From the IMG/VR virus record IMGVR_UViG_3300046169_000098: a stretch of 64,000 nucleotides of DNA; one strand, 5' to 3'. The DNA comes from an uncultured virus (IMG/VR IMGVR_UViG_3300046169_000098). Its lineage: Duplodnaviria > Heunggongvirae > Uroviricota > Caudoviricetes. A program made the position numbers and the translations under genes. Shown piece by piece: positions 39,244 to 49,237 of the stretch. The number at the start of each line of letters is the position of its first letter. The first letter of the stretch is position 1. The notes beneath the pieces were generated by a model, which did not search any database, had not been told where the DNA came from, and saw only the letters and a program-made list of their open reading frames with translations.

Positions 39244-41181
39244 TTATCTTAAAATATCTGCTTCAAAGAGATAAGTTGTAGGATCTACACATGTTACCTC
39301 TATATATGGTTTATTTGTTAAAAGTTGACTAACGTCTATTTCAGCAACTAACTTATTAAAACTATTCATCTTATCAGAATATATCTTAATGTTATTACCC
39401 TGCATATCAATCGTATCAAATGCTATTTTAAAAGTTTGACCGATTTTCCACGAAGTAGAAGTGTCGTCAATGTATATATTCAGATCACTATTAGGATCCG
39501 ATGATAATAAATTAGTTAAGCTTAATCTATTGGTGTACTCTTCTAATTTGGCCCAAATTGCATATTTATCTGCACCTTGACCATTTACGTTTGCATCAAA
39601 CTGTTGAGTGTTGCTAAGTTTAACAGCCAATGAGCTAGCTGCCATATTGTATAACCAAGCCTCATTTAAAGAATAACCGTATACTGTATTATTAATTTTA
39701 ATCTTATTAGAAATTGTCTTATCGACTTGTGTTCCCATACCGTTGAAAATAACATCTGTGTTATATTGTAGTTCAACTGGAACTGTTCCGTCTACTAATC
39801 TATTGATTTTATCATGTGCCTTAGTAATTAGATCTAGTAAAGATCTTGAATCTTGTAATTGAATTGAAGCATCTTCGAAAGAAGACTCAATAGTTGTTAA
39901 CCTTTCTTTAAGTTCTTCGCTATCACTAGAATTGAGAACTAATCCTTCAATTTCTTCTAATCTATTTACAATGCTAGAATATCGCGTATTGGCTTCTAAA
40001 AGTAATTGCGTTGCGTTTTCAAGGGCAGTTGTTGTATCCATGAATAAATCCATAGAAAATGTAGTAAAGTCATTGATAGACGTTTCAACACCCACATTAT
40101 CTAAAGAAGAATTAAACTTTAGATTTAATTTTAATGAATAAGCATTTCCGTTAAGACCAGTTACTTCATTAGGCTTATACTTTATTTGCTCGTGTATTTT
40201 TGTACCTGGACCAAATGCATCTTGAATATCATCTAAGATCAAGATACCATATAAGTTTGTTGATCTATTTGCAGGTACAGATTCACTATAAAGATCATAA
40301 TAAACCAATACTGCATTAAATCTAAAATCTTGACCCTTCTTAGAAAAATCTAAAATAGATTGTGTCTTTGGATCATTTTGAATAGCAGCATAACTACCAG
40401 CATTAAATTCTATTTGTACAGAATTTGTTGCGTTAGTTTGAATATCATAATATGGTCCACTTTCTGCATTGTATTCATCTACTACAGCGTCTATATTAAT
40501 ATTTGGATCCGGGTGTTGTTGACCAGCTCTTCCTTGAATATAATCTTCTGCATATAATTTGGTTGCAGTTGTGTTGTAATTTGTTGGTCTAAATAAAACT
40601 AATGGCGTGTAACCCACAGAAGTAGGTACGTTAATATAGACCTCATGATATGTATTGTCAGAGTAAGTTACGTCATTTTCAGCATCTATTGTACCTAAAT
40701 ACTTTACTAATCTCTCATAATTGGCTCCACCTAAAATAGCATTGTCGTTTTCAGCATATAATCCATTTGTGCTTTCATTAGAATCTGTAGGTCTAAAATC
40801 TACTGCTCCTAATTTTGACATCCACTTAAAAAAGATTTTTTCAGCATCTGACTGAAGAATGATTGGATCATAATCATCATCTTTTAAAAGAATCTCTTCT
40901 AGATTAAGTGCATAATTTTGGAATGTTTGTGCGAAGTCGACATTTGGCATCGACGCAACATATGATTGACCTGACGCTTGTTTTAAACCAAGCTCATAAT
41001 CAATAACATTAGAACCATTTACTGATTGTGTAAAATCTGGTAAATCTAGTAAAGCATATTTACTAAATTCAAATTTTAGATCAGGATTATTAAAGGCCCT
41101 AGTTATGTCTCTCGCTGCCGATGCGAATGCATACATTGTACCGCCTTGCGGCTGAGGTATTCTAACTAAAGGAGTCGCCAT
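39244..41181 (-). CDS. probable virion structural protein, 645 aa, with central coiled coil
   Basis: Long ORF in the structural module; GGT.YAF.SA and FNAVLVYYD motifs. Confidence 0.6.
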   Translation of the reverse strand: MATPLVRIPQPQGGTMYAFASAARDITRAFNNPDLKFEFSKYALLDLPDFTQSVNGSNVIDYELGLKQASGQSYVASMPNVDFAQTFQNYALNLEEILLKDDDYDPIILQSDAEKIFFKWMSKLGAVDFRPTDSNESTNGLYAENDNAILGGANYERLVKYLGTIDAENDVTYSDNTYHEVYINVPTSVGYTPLVLFRPTNYNTTATKLYAEDYIQGRAGQQHPDPNINIDAVVDEYNAESGPYYDIQTNATNSVQIEFNAGSYAAIQNDPKTQSILDFSKKGQDFRFNAVLVYYDLYSESVPANRSTNLYGILILDDIQDAFGPGTKIHEQIKYKPNEVTGLNGNAYSLKLNLKFNSSLDNVGVETSINDFTTFSMDLFMDTTTALENATQLLLEANTRYSSIVNRLEEIEGLVLNSSDSEELKERLTTIESSFEDASIQLQDSRSLLDLITKAHDKINRLVDGTVPVELQYNTDVIFNGMGTQVDKTISNKIKINNTVYGYSLNEAWLYNMAASSLAVKLSNTQQFDANVNGQGADKYAIWAKLEEYTNRLSLTNLLSSDPNSDLNIYIDDTSTSWKIGQTFKIAFDTIDMQGNNIKIYSDKMNSFNKLVAEIDVSQLLTNKPYIEVTCVDPTTYLFEADILR

Positions 41182-41204
41182 TTATTTTTTATTAATTTTG
41201 TTTA

Positions 41205-41765
41205 TTAACTGATTGTCGCCGCGTGAGAACTAACTACGTACCACGTATTGCCAAAACATCTTAAAGTTACTGTTGAGTTAAGTCCATCAAGTGCGATTGA
41301 AGTTGCTCCTAAAGAAACACCCGCTGCTGTTAATAAATTAGCTGCGGCTGTTGCAATGATCATAAACTCTTGACCGTCATCTGCAACTGGTAAAGTAAAA
41401 TCAGCATCAATGAAGTATGTTGATTTTTCAATAGTTGTTGGAGCAGAGATTGTCGTAGCAGTTGCAGCCGAACCAACAACACCGCTTTTAACTACTTTAC
41501 CAGCAGCCGTGATCGCGTTATTGAAAGTGAAGTCTGTTCCTACTGTTCCACCATTTGAATTAACTTGAAATAAAGTTAAATTGTTTTGCAAAACTGTAAT
41601 AGCTGAAGTAGTAATATTACTAACTCCGCTTAAAACCGATGTTGTCGGATTTAAAAGAGCAGTAACACTTGCTAGCTCATCATTTAATAACTCAAAGTTA
41701 TTATTGATAGTTGGTCTCGATGATGACACCGAGTCAGTTCCTAAGATTTCTGTAATGTTTGCCAT
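41205..41765 (-). CDS. probable short fibre/structural protein
   Basis: N-terminal DS.SSSRPTINNNF resembles the fibre attachment motif; Ala/Thr-rich. Confidence 0.55.
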   Translation of the reverse strand: MANITEILGTDSVSSSRPTINNNFELLNDELASVTALLNPTTSVLSGVSNITTSAITVLQNNLTLFQVNSNGGTVGTDFTFNNAITAAGKVVKSGVVGSAATATTISAPTTIEKSTYFIDADFTLPVADDGQEFMIIATAAANLLTAAGVSLGATSIALDGLNSTVTLRCFGNTWYVVSSHAATIS

Positions 41766-41774
41766 TTTATTTGT

Positions 41775-44525
41775 TTATTTTACTTTTAGCATATTTCGTT
41801 TTACAACGTTTTTGTTACCATATGTGTCTTCTGCTTCAAGCTCTATTGAGTAGTACCCAGGTTGCTTGAATATGTACGTCAGCCACATATTATTATAGTA
41901 TATATCCGTTATTTCTGGATTACTTATATTCTTAATAGTCCACTTAGCATTCTTTGCTCCAGGGAACTTAGAAATATCTGTAGATATAGTCACGTGTGTA
42001 GATCTTTCAACCTCAGCATAATCCTTAAATACTTTAGTATCGTCAAATGTTGGGTTATAGTGTACACAGTGATTAAAGCCACTAACATTAGATGTGCTGT
42101 TTATATCTGATTTAATATTTACATCTGAAAAATCATAAGAATATGAATATTCTTCACCAGTTGCTATAATAAATCTAAAAATATCACTAACTAAAGGATC
42201 TACACCATCTACATCTTCCATTACTGGATTATAATTAAACTTATTTATAATTGGATCAGTGCTTTCATTTAATTCTTGAGCTATAGCGTTCCATGCGAAT
42301 AAATCTAGAGTACTTGTTGGTGTAGGTGATGTTATTACATGAGATCCTACTATGATTTCTTTAGTTTTAGGATCTACGTGTGTAATAGTTAATTCATCCC
42401 CTTGTTTTATGTCGTTTATTTTAAAACTTGAAGCCAAATCAGTACCTACTCTCATGGCATCCCACCACAAGTGTTTGCTATCTCTATATCTAAATGAACA
42501 TTCGTCCCATTGATATGGCCCTGCATTTTCACTAAAGCCTATTTCTGAATATACATCTACAAATCTTTGAACTGTTGAGAATCTAACCCCTTGATCATCT
42601 TCTCTGTGTACATAATTTGCTCTATCTAATGTTAAATAAAGAGTAGCGATGTCTTCGTCTATTGTTGTAGTATTGTCTTGTGGAAAATCCCAATAACCAC
42701 CTGATTTAGACCAATCTAGTTTTTTAGAATTCCAATCAGTTTGTTCTTTCCACTTGTATATGCCATATAGCTCTAAATCCTTTAACCTAATTTCAACTAA
42801 ATCATCAATTCTAAAATGTGATCTGTGTCCAAATAAATCATAAGTTCTCATTTCTACAGAATAATCACCGACAAATGGTAATGTCATAGGAAAAACTAAA
42901 AAATCATCAATTGGTCCTCTAAAAGATTGATCATAACCTTTTTCTTTATTAGTTATAATCCATTCAACTTCATATACCCATCTTTTCCACCAATTATCCC
43001 AAGTAACTTTTAGGTTTTCGTTAGCATCTACTGCATCGTCCCAAACAAATTCAGCTTCATCCCAAATATCATCGAAAGTACCTGTACCGTCTAGTGTTAT
43101 TGGAGCACCGATTGGAATATTTTGGTTATAAGAGTGTAATTCAGTATCGTAATAAGTTTCATAGAATTCATCATAAATGTTCTTTAACTCCGTTCTTTGT
43201 GAAGGTGTTAAATCTCCTTCTGTGCCATACTCAAGGTTTAAAAATAAATTATAATTAGAAGAATCGTCGTTTTGATCTAATGATGTTTTTAAAACCATAG
43301 ATGTATCTTCTATAAAAATAGGTCTATTTTTTGGATAGACATCAAATTTTATATTATGACCTTCTGTAAAAAATCCTACACCGTTTTGTATATTCCATAC
43401 ATTTAAATTCTTCTGTGCAAAATAATCACCTTCACCAGTAATGTCTATTATTTTGGCATTTAGTGGTAAAAAGTCTTTTTGTAACCTATTCTTTAATCCG
43501 TATAATTTAATTAATACTTCTTCAGGTGTAAAATCAAATACCTCTTCTACATTTGGAATATCCCATTGATCAAAGGTGCCATTTGTTTCGTTGATTCTAT
43601 AAACCAAACTAAATCTGCTGGTTTTCTTCATCGTACTACTTGGCACACTAAACTTTAATCTTTTGCGGATCATCTCGCCTCTTTTAGAAGCGTTTGGTAC
43701 CGGCACAGCGTACATTTTACCGAAGCTTTCTGTTGACTTATCAACATTAAGCCAATATTCCTTTAGTGTGATTCTATCATAGCCAAAGAAATCTATAGCA
43801 TTTAATATAGCTTTATAAGTTCCTACAAATGGCTTAATGTTATGTAATTCTAAGAGTAACTCTTTTCGCTTACTATTAAGAAGTTTAAAATCTGGAGACA
43901 TTTCACTAATGTCATGTGTCTTAAACAACATAAAGTCACCAATGTCTAGCGTTGCACCGAAGTTTGACAATAAAGTACTAAGTCTTTCGTCTTCTTCAAC
44001 AACCTCACCGTATATTACTATCTCAGCAATTAATAATTCTGCGTTGTTAATAGATTGATAAACACAAAGAGTTCTTCTGTGTGGCCCTGCTGTGTTTGAA
44101 CTAAGTGCAACGTTTACTTGCATTGCAACTTGATTTGGAGTTGAAATTTCTTTTACAAAATTATAGTCTATATTATCTATATAGGAATATGGCTCTAAGT
44201 CAAATTCTAAAGATTGCTTTTCATCAACGATAATTTTACCATCTTCTAGCTTAGTGCCATACATGATTATATCTTTAGATGTAACAATAGTATCTTTTTT
44301 CCACTTAAAAACAAATTTAACATCTGCATCTAATTCGGCAACTGGAGTGTTAGCAACTAAATCACCTAAATGTTTACACTCTTCTAATATAAAAAGATTG
44401 ACAGTTTCATATAACTGTACAGAAACTTCATCTAAAAATAGATTACCTTTCCAAACACCAGCTGCATCTTGAATTAAATTCAAGTCATTATCTAAGCCAT
44501 TAAAAAATCTTAAATTACTATACAT
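41775..44525 (-). CDS. baseplate wedge-like structural protein (gp7-like position) with C-terminal PKD-like domain
   Basis: GTYKAILNAIDFFGY motif typical of P2 gpI/gp7-type wedge proteins; C-terminal YIFKQPGYYSIEL...D.YGN. Confidence 0.55.
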   Translation of the reverse strand: MYSNLRFFNGLDNDLNLIQDAAGVWKGNLFLDEVSVQLYETVNLFILEECKHLGDLVANTPVAELDADVKFVFKWKKDTIVTSKDIIMYGTKLEDGKIIVDEKQSLEFDLEPYSYIDNIDYNFVKEISTPNQVAMQVNVALSSNTAGPHRRTLCVYQSINNAELLIAEIVIYGEVVEEDERLSTLLSNFGATLDIGDFMLFKTHDISEMSPDFKLLNSKRKELLLELHNIKPFVGTYKAILNAIDFFGYDRITLKEYWLNVDKSTESFGKMYAVPVPNASKRGEMIRKRLKFSVPSSTMKKTSRFSLVYRINETNGTFDQWDIPNVEEVFDFTPEEVLIKLYGLKNRLQKDFLPLNAKIIDITGEGDYFAQKNLNVWNIQNGVGFFTEGHNIKFDVYPKNRPIFIEDTSMVLKTSLDQNDDSSNYNLFLNLEYGTEGDLTPSQRTELKNIYDEFYETYYDTELHSYNQNIPIGAPITLDGTGTFDDIWDEAEFVWDDAVDANENLKVTWDNWWKRWVYEVEWIITNKEKGYDQSFRGPIDDFLVFPMTLPFVGDYSVEMRTYDLFGHRSHFRIDDLVEIRLKDLELYGIYKWKEQTDWNSKKLDWSKSGGYWDFPQDNTTTIDEDIATLYLTLDRANYVHREDDQGVRFSTVQRFVDVYSEIGFSENAGPYQWDECSFRYRDSKHLWWDAMRVGTDLASSFKINDIKQGDELTITHVDPKTKEIIVGSHVITSPTPTSTLDLFAWNAIAQELNESTDPIINKFNYNPVMEDVDGVDPLVSDIFRFIIATGEEYSYSYDFSDVNIKSDINSTSNVSGFNHCVHYNPTFDDTKVFKDYAEVERSTHVTISTDISKFPGAKNAKWTIKNISNPEITDIYYNNMWLTYIFKQPGYYSIELEAEDTYGNKNVVKRNMLKVK

Positions 44526-44797
44526 TATCTAATATACTTATCGTCTTTTTTAATTGTGAAATTTTTGTAAGCTTTAACTCTTCTAACACCTGAAATGATG
44601 TTAAAAAAACTATCATCTAAGAATTTCATAAAATCTCTTAAAATATTATTTCTAACAATATGTTTAGACACCATCTTATTTAAGAATCTCTCATCCATAT
44701 ACTGATTTCCCACATTTAACCTTTGATCTTGTCTTTCTTTAGCAACATCATATGTGCGAAACTTGTTGTATTTTAATAAGTCTTTAAATAGATTCAT
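44525..44797 (-). CDS. hypothetical protein
   Basis: 90-aa ORF coupled to its neighbours. Confidence 0.6.
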   Translation of the reverse strand: MNLFKDLLKYNKFRTYDVAKERQDQRLNVGNQYMDERFLNKMVSKHIVRNNILRDFMKFLDDSFFNIISGVRRVKAYKNFTIKKDDKYIR

Positions 44798-44807
44798 TGT
44801 AGTCAGT

Positions 44808-46637
44808 TTATTTTAATGCCTTTCTATTACCAGCTTGTAATCTAGTATAAATAGTTCTAGGCACAGGATCACCTTCGAAGTTAATACTTAGTGCAGCTTC
44901 AGCGTTAATTAAAACGTCATCAACTATTTCATCACCATCTCTATCTTGCCATCCGCCTCTGAATACCGCAACCTCTTCTTTCTCCATAATTATATCTCCC
45001 CATCTATCTAATCCTACGACTTCTTCTGGAATTACAGTATTTTCATCTACTTCAACAGTGTTAACTTCTTCAATTCTTTTAAAGAAAACATATTTTTGTT
45101 TTCCATTTCCAACATTTTCTAAAGTAACTGGCTCTTGTGGAACCACTTGAACGGTTTTAGACTCAAAATAACCAAGTCTTCTGGCAGTTTCTTCAGTTTC
45201 AGAAATAAATCTAACGTTAACTGCATCAATACCCTCAATTTCTTCTAGTATGTAAACTATATCAGATTTAGGTAACTTATCTCTTCTTGTAACGTTTAAT
45301 AAATACTCATCGATTTTACTTCTGATTGCATTAGATATTTCATCTTTAGTAAATCCTTCAAAAAATCTAACATTTACATCCATGCTATATTTTCTAATCT
45401 TAGGTTTTACAAACACGACTTCTGTTGTAACCATCTGCTGACCACTGTCCTGTAAAACCTTTCTCATTTTTTCATATTCTTGATCATCGAAAAACATTTC
45501 TTCCTGTGGAACAGAAAAATAATCTTGATTTTTAGCTAGTTTCTTTCTAACATCTGGAATAGCAAAAATATAAATTACATTATCGTCATCTAAATATTGA
45601 TCTTCGGTTGTATTATAAGCATCCAAATATGAGAATATGCCATATCTTGATAAGAAATATTCGTAATTATCTGGTGTTGCTAACACAAAAGACTTACTAG
45701 CAAGTGGAGTCATTATTTTAGTAAACTGAGTAGACTCTCTGTCTGTTCCCATTTTAGGCGATGATGTAACAGTAATATCCAAGAAATTATTTAGATCGTG
45801 TTGTTCTCCAACAGAATCTTCACCTTGAGCCATCCATTTTAAAGTCAAGTCATTAGAATCATCTATATTACCTTTTTTACCATCATGAACAACATACTCT
45901 ACTTCTATCTTAGATCCAACCGGAGGCCTCATGCCAAATGCAGTGTTTCCAAAATAAACGTCTAGTCCACCAGAAATTCCAGTCTTTACTAAGTACGCTT
46001 TTTCGTCTCTATGTAAATCATATAAAGATTCTTGTTTAGTCCAAACCTCTCCGTTAACACTAACAGTTATTTTGCTATGATCTGAAAGTCCGGCGGTTTG
46101 TACGTTAAAAGATTGCAATGGTTCACCATCGCCTGTAAATGATTGTGTTTGAAATTTACCTTGAATAATAGCAGTACTAATTTTAGTGCTATTGCTTTTT
46201 TCTAATCTAAATCTGTCCTTATCGGTTAATAGTGTATATGTTAAACCGTTAAGATCGAATTTTAATTCCGCTCTACTATCGATAGTTATTCCGGAACCAG
46301 ATATTTTATCAAAATCTACACCTGGTTTCCATCTAAATTCTATTTCTCCAGTAGCGGCAAATCCTCTAGTAGCATCATGCCCTGTCAATCTACTCATACC
46401 ATAAATAGATTCAACGTGTTGTGCAGTGTATATGTTCTGTTCTACTATGGCATCCTCAAGATAGAATAATATCAGTTCTTGAATTTCAGACATAACCGAA
46501 AGTATCTGTGCAAATGGAGATGCTTCTGTAAATAAAGTACCTGCACGACCATAGATTCTAGAAATATAAACTCTAGCATCGTCTTTAATTTGCGTCGCAG
46601 TTGTTCTTAATGTACTTAAAAATTTTAATTCAGCCAT
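44808..46637 (-). CDS. baseplate wedge protein (T4 gp6 / baseplate J-like)
   Basis: NIYTAQ..SIY....L.G, VYFGN..FG..P..GS.I.VEY...DG..GN, G...ES and V...DNYE motifs. Confidence 0.85.
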   Translation of the reverse strand: MAELKFLSTLRTTATQIKDDARVYISRIYGRAGTLFTEASPFAQILSVMSEIQELILFYLEDAIVEQNIYTAQHVESIYGMSRLTGHDATRGFAATGEIEFRWKPGVDFDKISGSGITIDSRAELKFDLNGLTYTLLTDKDRFRLEKSNSTKISTAIIQGKFQTQSFTGDGEPLQSFNVQTAGLSDHSKITVSVNGEVWTKQESLYDLHRDEKAYLVKTGISGGLDVYFGNTAFGMRPPVGSKIEVEYVVHDGKKGNIDDSNDLTLKWMAQGEDSVGEQHDLNNFLDITVTSSPKMGTDRESTQFTKIMTPLASKSFVLATPDNYEYFLSRYGIFSYLDAYNTTEDQYLDDDNVIYIFAIPDVRKKLAKNQDYFSVPQEEMFFDDQEYEKMRKVLQDSGQQMVTTEVVFVKPKIRKYSMDVNVRFFEGFTKDEISNAIRSKIDEYLLNVTRRDKLPKSDIVYILEEIEGIDAVNVRFISETEETARRLGYFESKTVQVVPQEPVTLENVGNGKQKYVFFKRIEEVNTVEVDENTVIPEEVVGLDRWGDIIMEKEEVAVFRGGWQDRDGDEIVDDVLINAEAALSINFEGDPVPRTIYTRLQAGNRKALK

Positions 46638-46639
46638 TG

Positions 46640-46996
46640 TTATCTAATATTTAATTGTACAAGATATTTACTATCTATTGTTATATCAATATATGCAATA
46701 TCTCTAACGTTACCTTTAAAGAATTGTACTTTAGTAGCAACATTATATTTTTGAGCTAAAGGACAGTAATATTTTATTTGTGTATCTAATACGTCCTTTA
46801 ATTGGCCTTCGTTATATCCTAATGAATATATGTAATTTTCTAAATCACAGCCAAACCCTGGTGACCCTAACACATCGGCCTTTCCAGTAAATAAAATAGT
46901 TTCAACTTGTTGTACTAGTTGTTCTATCTCACCATTGGTTTGAACCTGTGTGCGATTATAATTTGGGTCTCCTAAAGTCTTTATATAAAAATCCAT
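46640..46996 (-). CDS. baseplate protein (T4 gp25-like)
   Basis: ILFTGK.DVLG.P.FGCDLENY.Y; directly upstream of gp6-like. Confidence 0.8.
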   Translation of the reverse strand: MDFYIKTLGDPNYNRTQVQTNGEIEQLVQQVETILFTGKADVLGSPGFGCDLENYIYSLGYNEGQLKDVLDTQIKYYCPLAQKYNVATKVQFFKGNVRDIAYIDITIDSKYLVQLNIR

Positions 46997-47017
46997 TTAT
47001 ATATGTATCTCAATTTT

Positions 47018-47875
47018 TTAACTATGGAACATGAAGTCTACACCTTCATCTCCTTTGATTTCTTCTTCTATTGCTTCTAATTCACTATCACCCATATCCT
47101 TAATTGCGCTATAATCAAATTCAACGTTACCAGGTAATGCAAATTTAAAGATACCTAATTTAGCACCCAGCGACTGTTTAATTTTAGCACTAACATATCT
47201 AAAAAATATTTCATCGTCAAATAGGGCACAGTCTGGGATAGTCTCAAACAATTCCAGTATAACGTCTCCCTTAGGTGTATCACCCATGATCTTTAATTCA
47301 CCAGTGTTTCTTTGGTATTGATATGAAATTGGATTTTCTAGAATCTGCCTAGACATATCGGCTAAAGATGCATTTAGTACATAATATTGTAATTCTTCTG
47401 CAGCTTCAGCTGGACCAGAACCGTTGTACATATTTCTAAATAACATTCTTTCTAATGCAAAATCAGCACCTGGTTGGAATCTAAGGTCCATACCCGATCC
47501 AACTGAGTTCCATCCAGAACTTAAATCATATACACCGTATACTGAAAAGACTCCACCTCCACCAGCTCCTGGTGTACCAGAAGGGGCAGGAGCAGGCAAA
47601 TTAAGCGCTCTGTTTTCTTTAAAGTATTCTGAGTTAAATACTTCGAATGGAATGTGATAATAGTTTTCTCTTACAGAATCCTCATATTTCTTATACATCC
47701 ATTTTTTAGCCCTGTTAATTATGTTAATAACTTCTTTTTGCGGTAAGTTTACAGGCAACATACATGCACCTGTAATTTCATCTGCAATTTCTGTTAAAAA
47801 ATCGTTTAGACAATTATTACCAAAATCTCTAGGTGTTGTTAAATCATTATTGCTTCCGCTTTTAATTAAACTCAT
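47018..47875 (-). CDS. neck/head-tail adaptor protein (T4 gp13-like)
   Basis: LP..V.SV, Y.Y.R.T.EL.I.G, F.RYV.AK.K..LG..L..F...LPG.V.F....I...G. Confidence 0.7.
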   Translation of the reverse strand: MSLIKSGSNNDLTTPRDFGNNCLNDFLTEIADEITGACMLPVNLPQKEVINIINRAKKWMYKKYEDSVRENYYHIPFEVFNSEYFKENRALNLPAPAPSGTPGAGGGGVFSVYGVYDLSSGWNSVGSGMDLRFQPGADFALERMLFRNMYNGSGPAEAAEELQYYVLNASLADMSRQILENPISYQYQRNTGELKIMGDTPKGDVILELFETIPDCALFDDEIFFRYVSAKIKQSLGAKLGIFKFALPGNVEFDYSAIKDMGDSELEAIEEEIKGDEGVDFMFHS

Positions 47876-47878
47876 CTT

Positions 47879-49189
47879 TTATTTTATTTTTTTACTAACT
47901 ACCACCTCAGTAGTATCGCCAACTCTAGCGTCTTTTCCTAAAAAGCCTTCTCTGTATATACCACCGATTAGCCTTCCTTTAAATACACCGTCTCTTCCGA
48001 ACACAAAACAATTTGTCGCGGTAGAACTACCGTGCACATAACATGACTCGATTTTACTATCTTTTACTTCAGTGCTTTGATAAAGATTACACCTTGTAAG
48101 CATTGATCCCTCAATATTACAACTGTAAAATTCAGAATTCTCAATATTACCTCTTAATTCACAATCAATAAACTCGTAGCCATCTAAAATGTATATGGTT
48201 TTAAATACACCGTCCTTTATTTGAATTGTTCCATAATCAGAATCGTAATTTATAAGTCCTTTTTCCATAGATCCGTTAGAAATTAAATCTATTACCTTAT
48301 CTTTTATTTTAGGCCATTGAACTTTAATCATTTGTTCGTTATCTTGTAAATCTACTAGCACGTGAATTTTTGGAAAATATTCGTTTAGTTTCTTATAATC
48401 TTTTAGAGACTCAATAAGTGGTTTATTTTTATTTAGAATTTTTTTTAATTCAACTCTATTTTGTAAAGAAAATCTACTATCATTACATGATTTCCACATC
48501 TGCATAATAAACCTTTCACATAGATATAGAATTTGATCCTTTTGTTTTTGGTAATCTTTACCGCCAATATATCTAAATTCTAAATAATTCTTTTGGGCCT
48601 TTTCAAAGTTAATGCCATAATATTTGGAATTAGCAAATTTAAAATTCATTGGGGAAATGTGATCGTCATCATACCAGTATGCATCTCTAGCTGGCATCAC
48701 CCACTTTATACTTTTTGCATACGTAGAACCTTCTCGAGAAGGGAAGAAATTATAAACCTGTGCCTCATCAAACTCTAAAATAAATTTAAGTACATTCATT
48801 TTAGATACCATCAAAGCATCTTCTAAATACTCCTCTTTAAATGACATGTTTAAGTGAATACTTGCTCTGTCATTTGTGTAACCGTTTTGATCAATCCAAT
48901 CCAACATCTTAACGATAATAATTCTAGCATTTCTGTATGGAATAGGTCCAGTAACTAATTCTATTAGTCCTTTTCCACCTGACATATCAGGTTCCATTTT
49001 AAATACTTTATCGTCCGGTACGAAATCAGAATGTGCCTTATCTTCTAATTGAATCTTTCTATTTAGAAGTTTAGACAAGGCATCTTGAGTCTCTTTAAGA
49101 CTATGGTTAGAATAGAACTCGAACTCTACACCTATTTGTGCAGAGTTCAAGATCTGTTCCTTTGTAGATTTTAAATTAAGTTTTTGCAT
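47879..49189 (-). CDS. putative amidoligase (COOH-NH2 ligase) domain protein with C-terminal beta-helix-like repeats
   Basis: IGVEFEF, EPD.SG, IELVT, SIHLNMS, KYYGIN and LEFR motifs; C-terminus rich in I.NS.F..C pentapeptide-like units. Confidence 0.7.
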   Translation of the reverse strand: MQKLNLKSTKEQILNSAQIGVEFEFYSNHSLKETQDALSKLLNRKIQLEDKAHSDFVPDDKVFKMEPDMSGGKGLIELVTGPIPYRNARIIIVKMLDWIDQNGYTNDRASIHLNMSFKEEYLEDALMVSKMNVLKFILEFDEAQVYNFFPSREGSTYAKSIKWVMPARDAYWYDDDHISPMNFKFANSKYYGINFEKAQKNYLEFRYIGGKDYQKQKDQILYLCERFIMQMWKSCNDSRFSLQNRVELKKILNKNKPLIESLKDYKKLNEYFPKIHVLVDLQDNEQMIKVQWPKIKDKVIDLISNGSMEKGLINYDSDYGTIQIKDGVFKTIYILDGYEFIDCELRGNIENSEFYSCNIEGSMLTRCNLYQSTEVKDSKIESCYVHGSSTATNCFVFGRDGVFKGRLIGGIYREGFLGKDARVGDTTEVVVSKKIK

Positions 49190-49237
49190 CTAGAGTATGA
49201 TATTACCGTTTGATTATATATCACACTCTCGTTGAAC

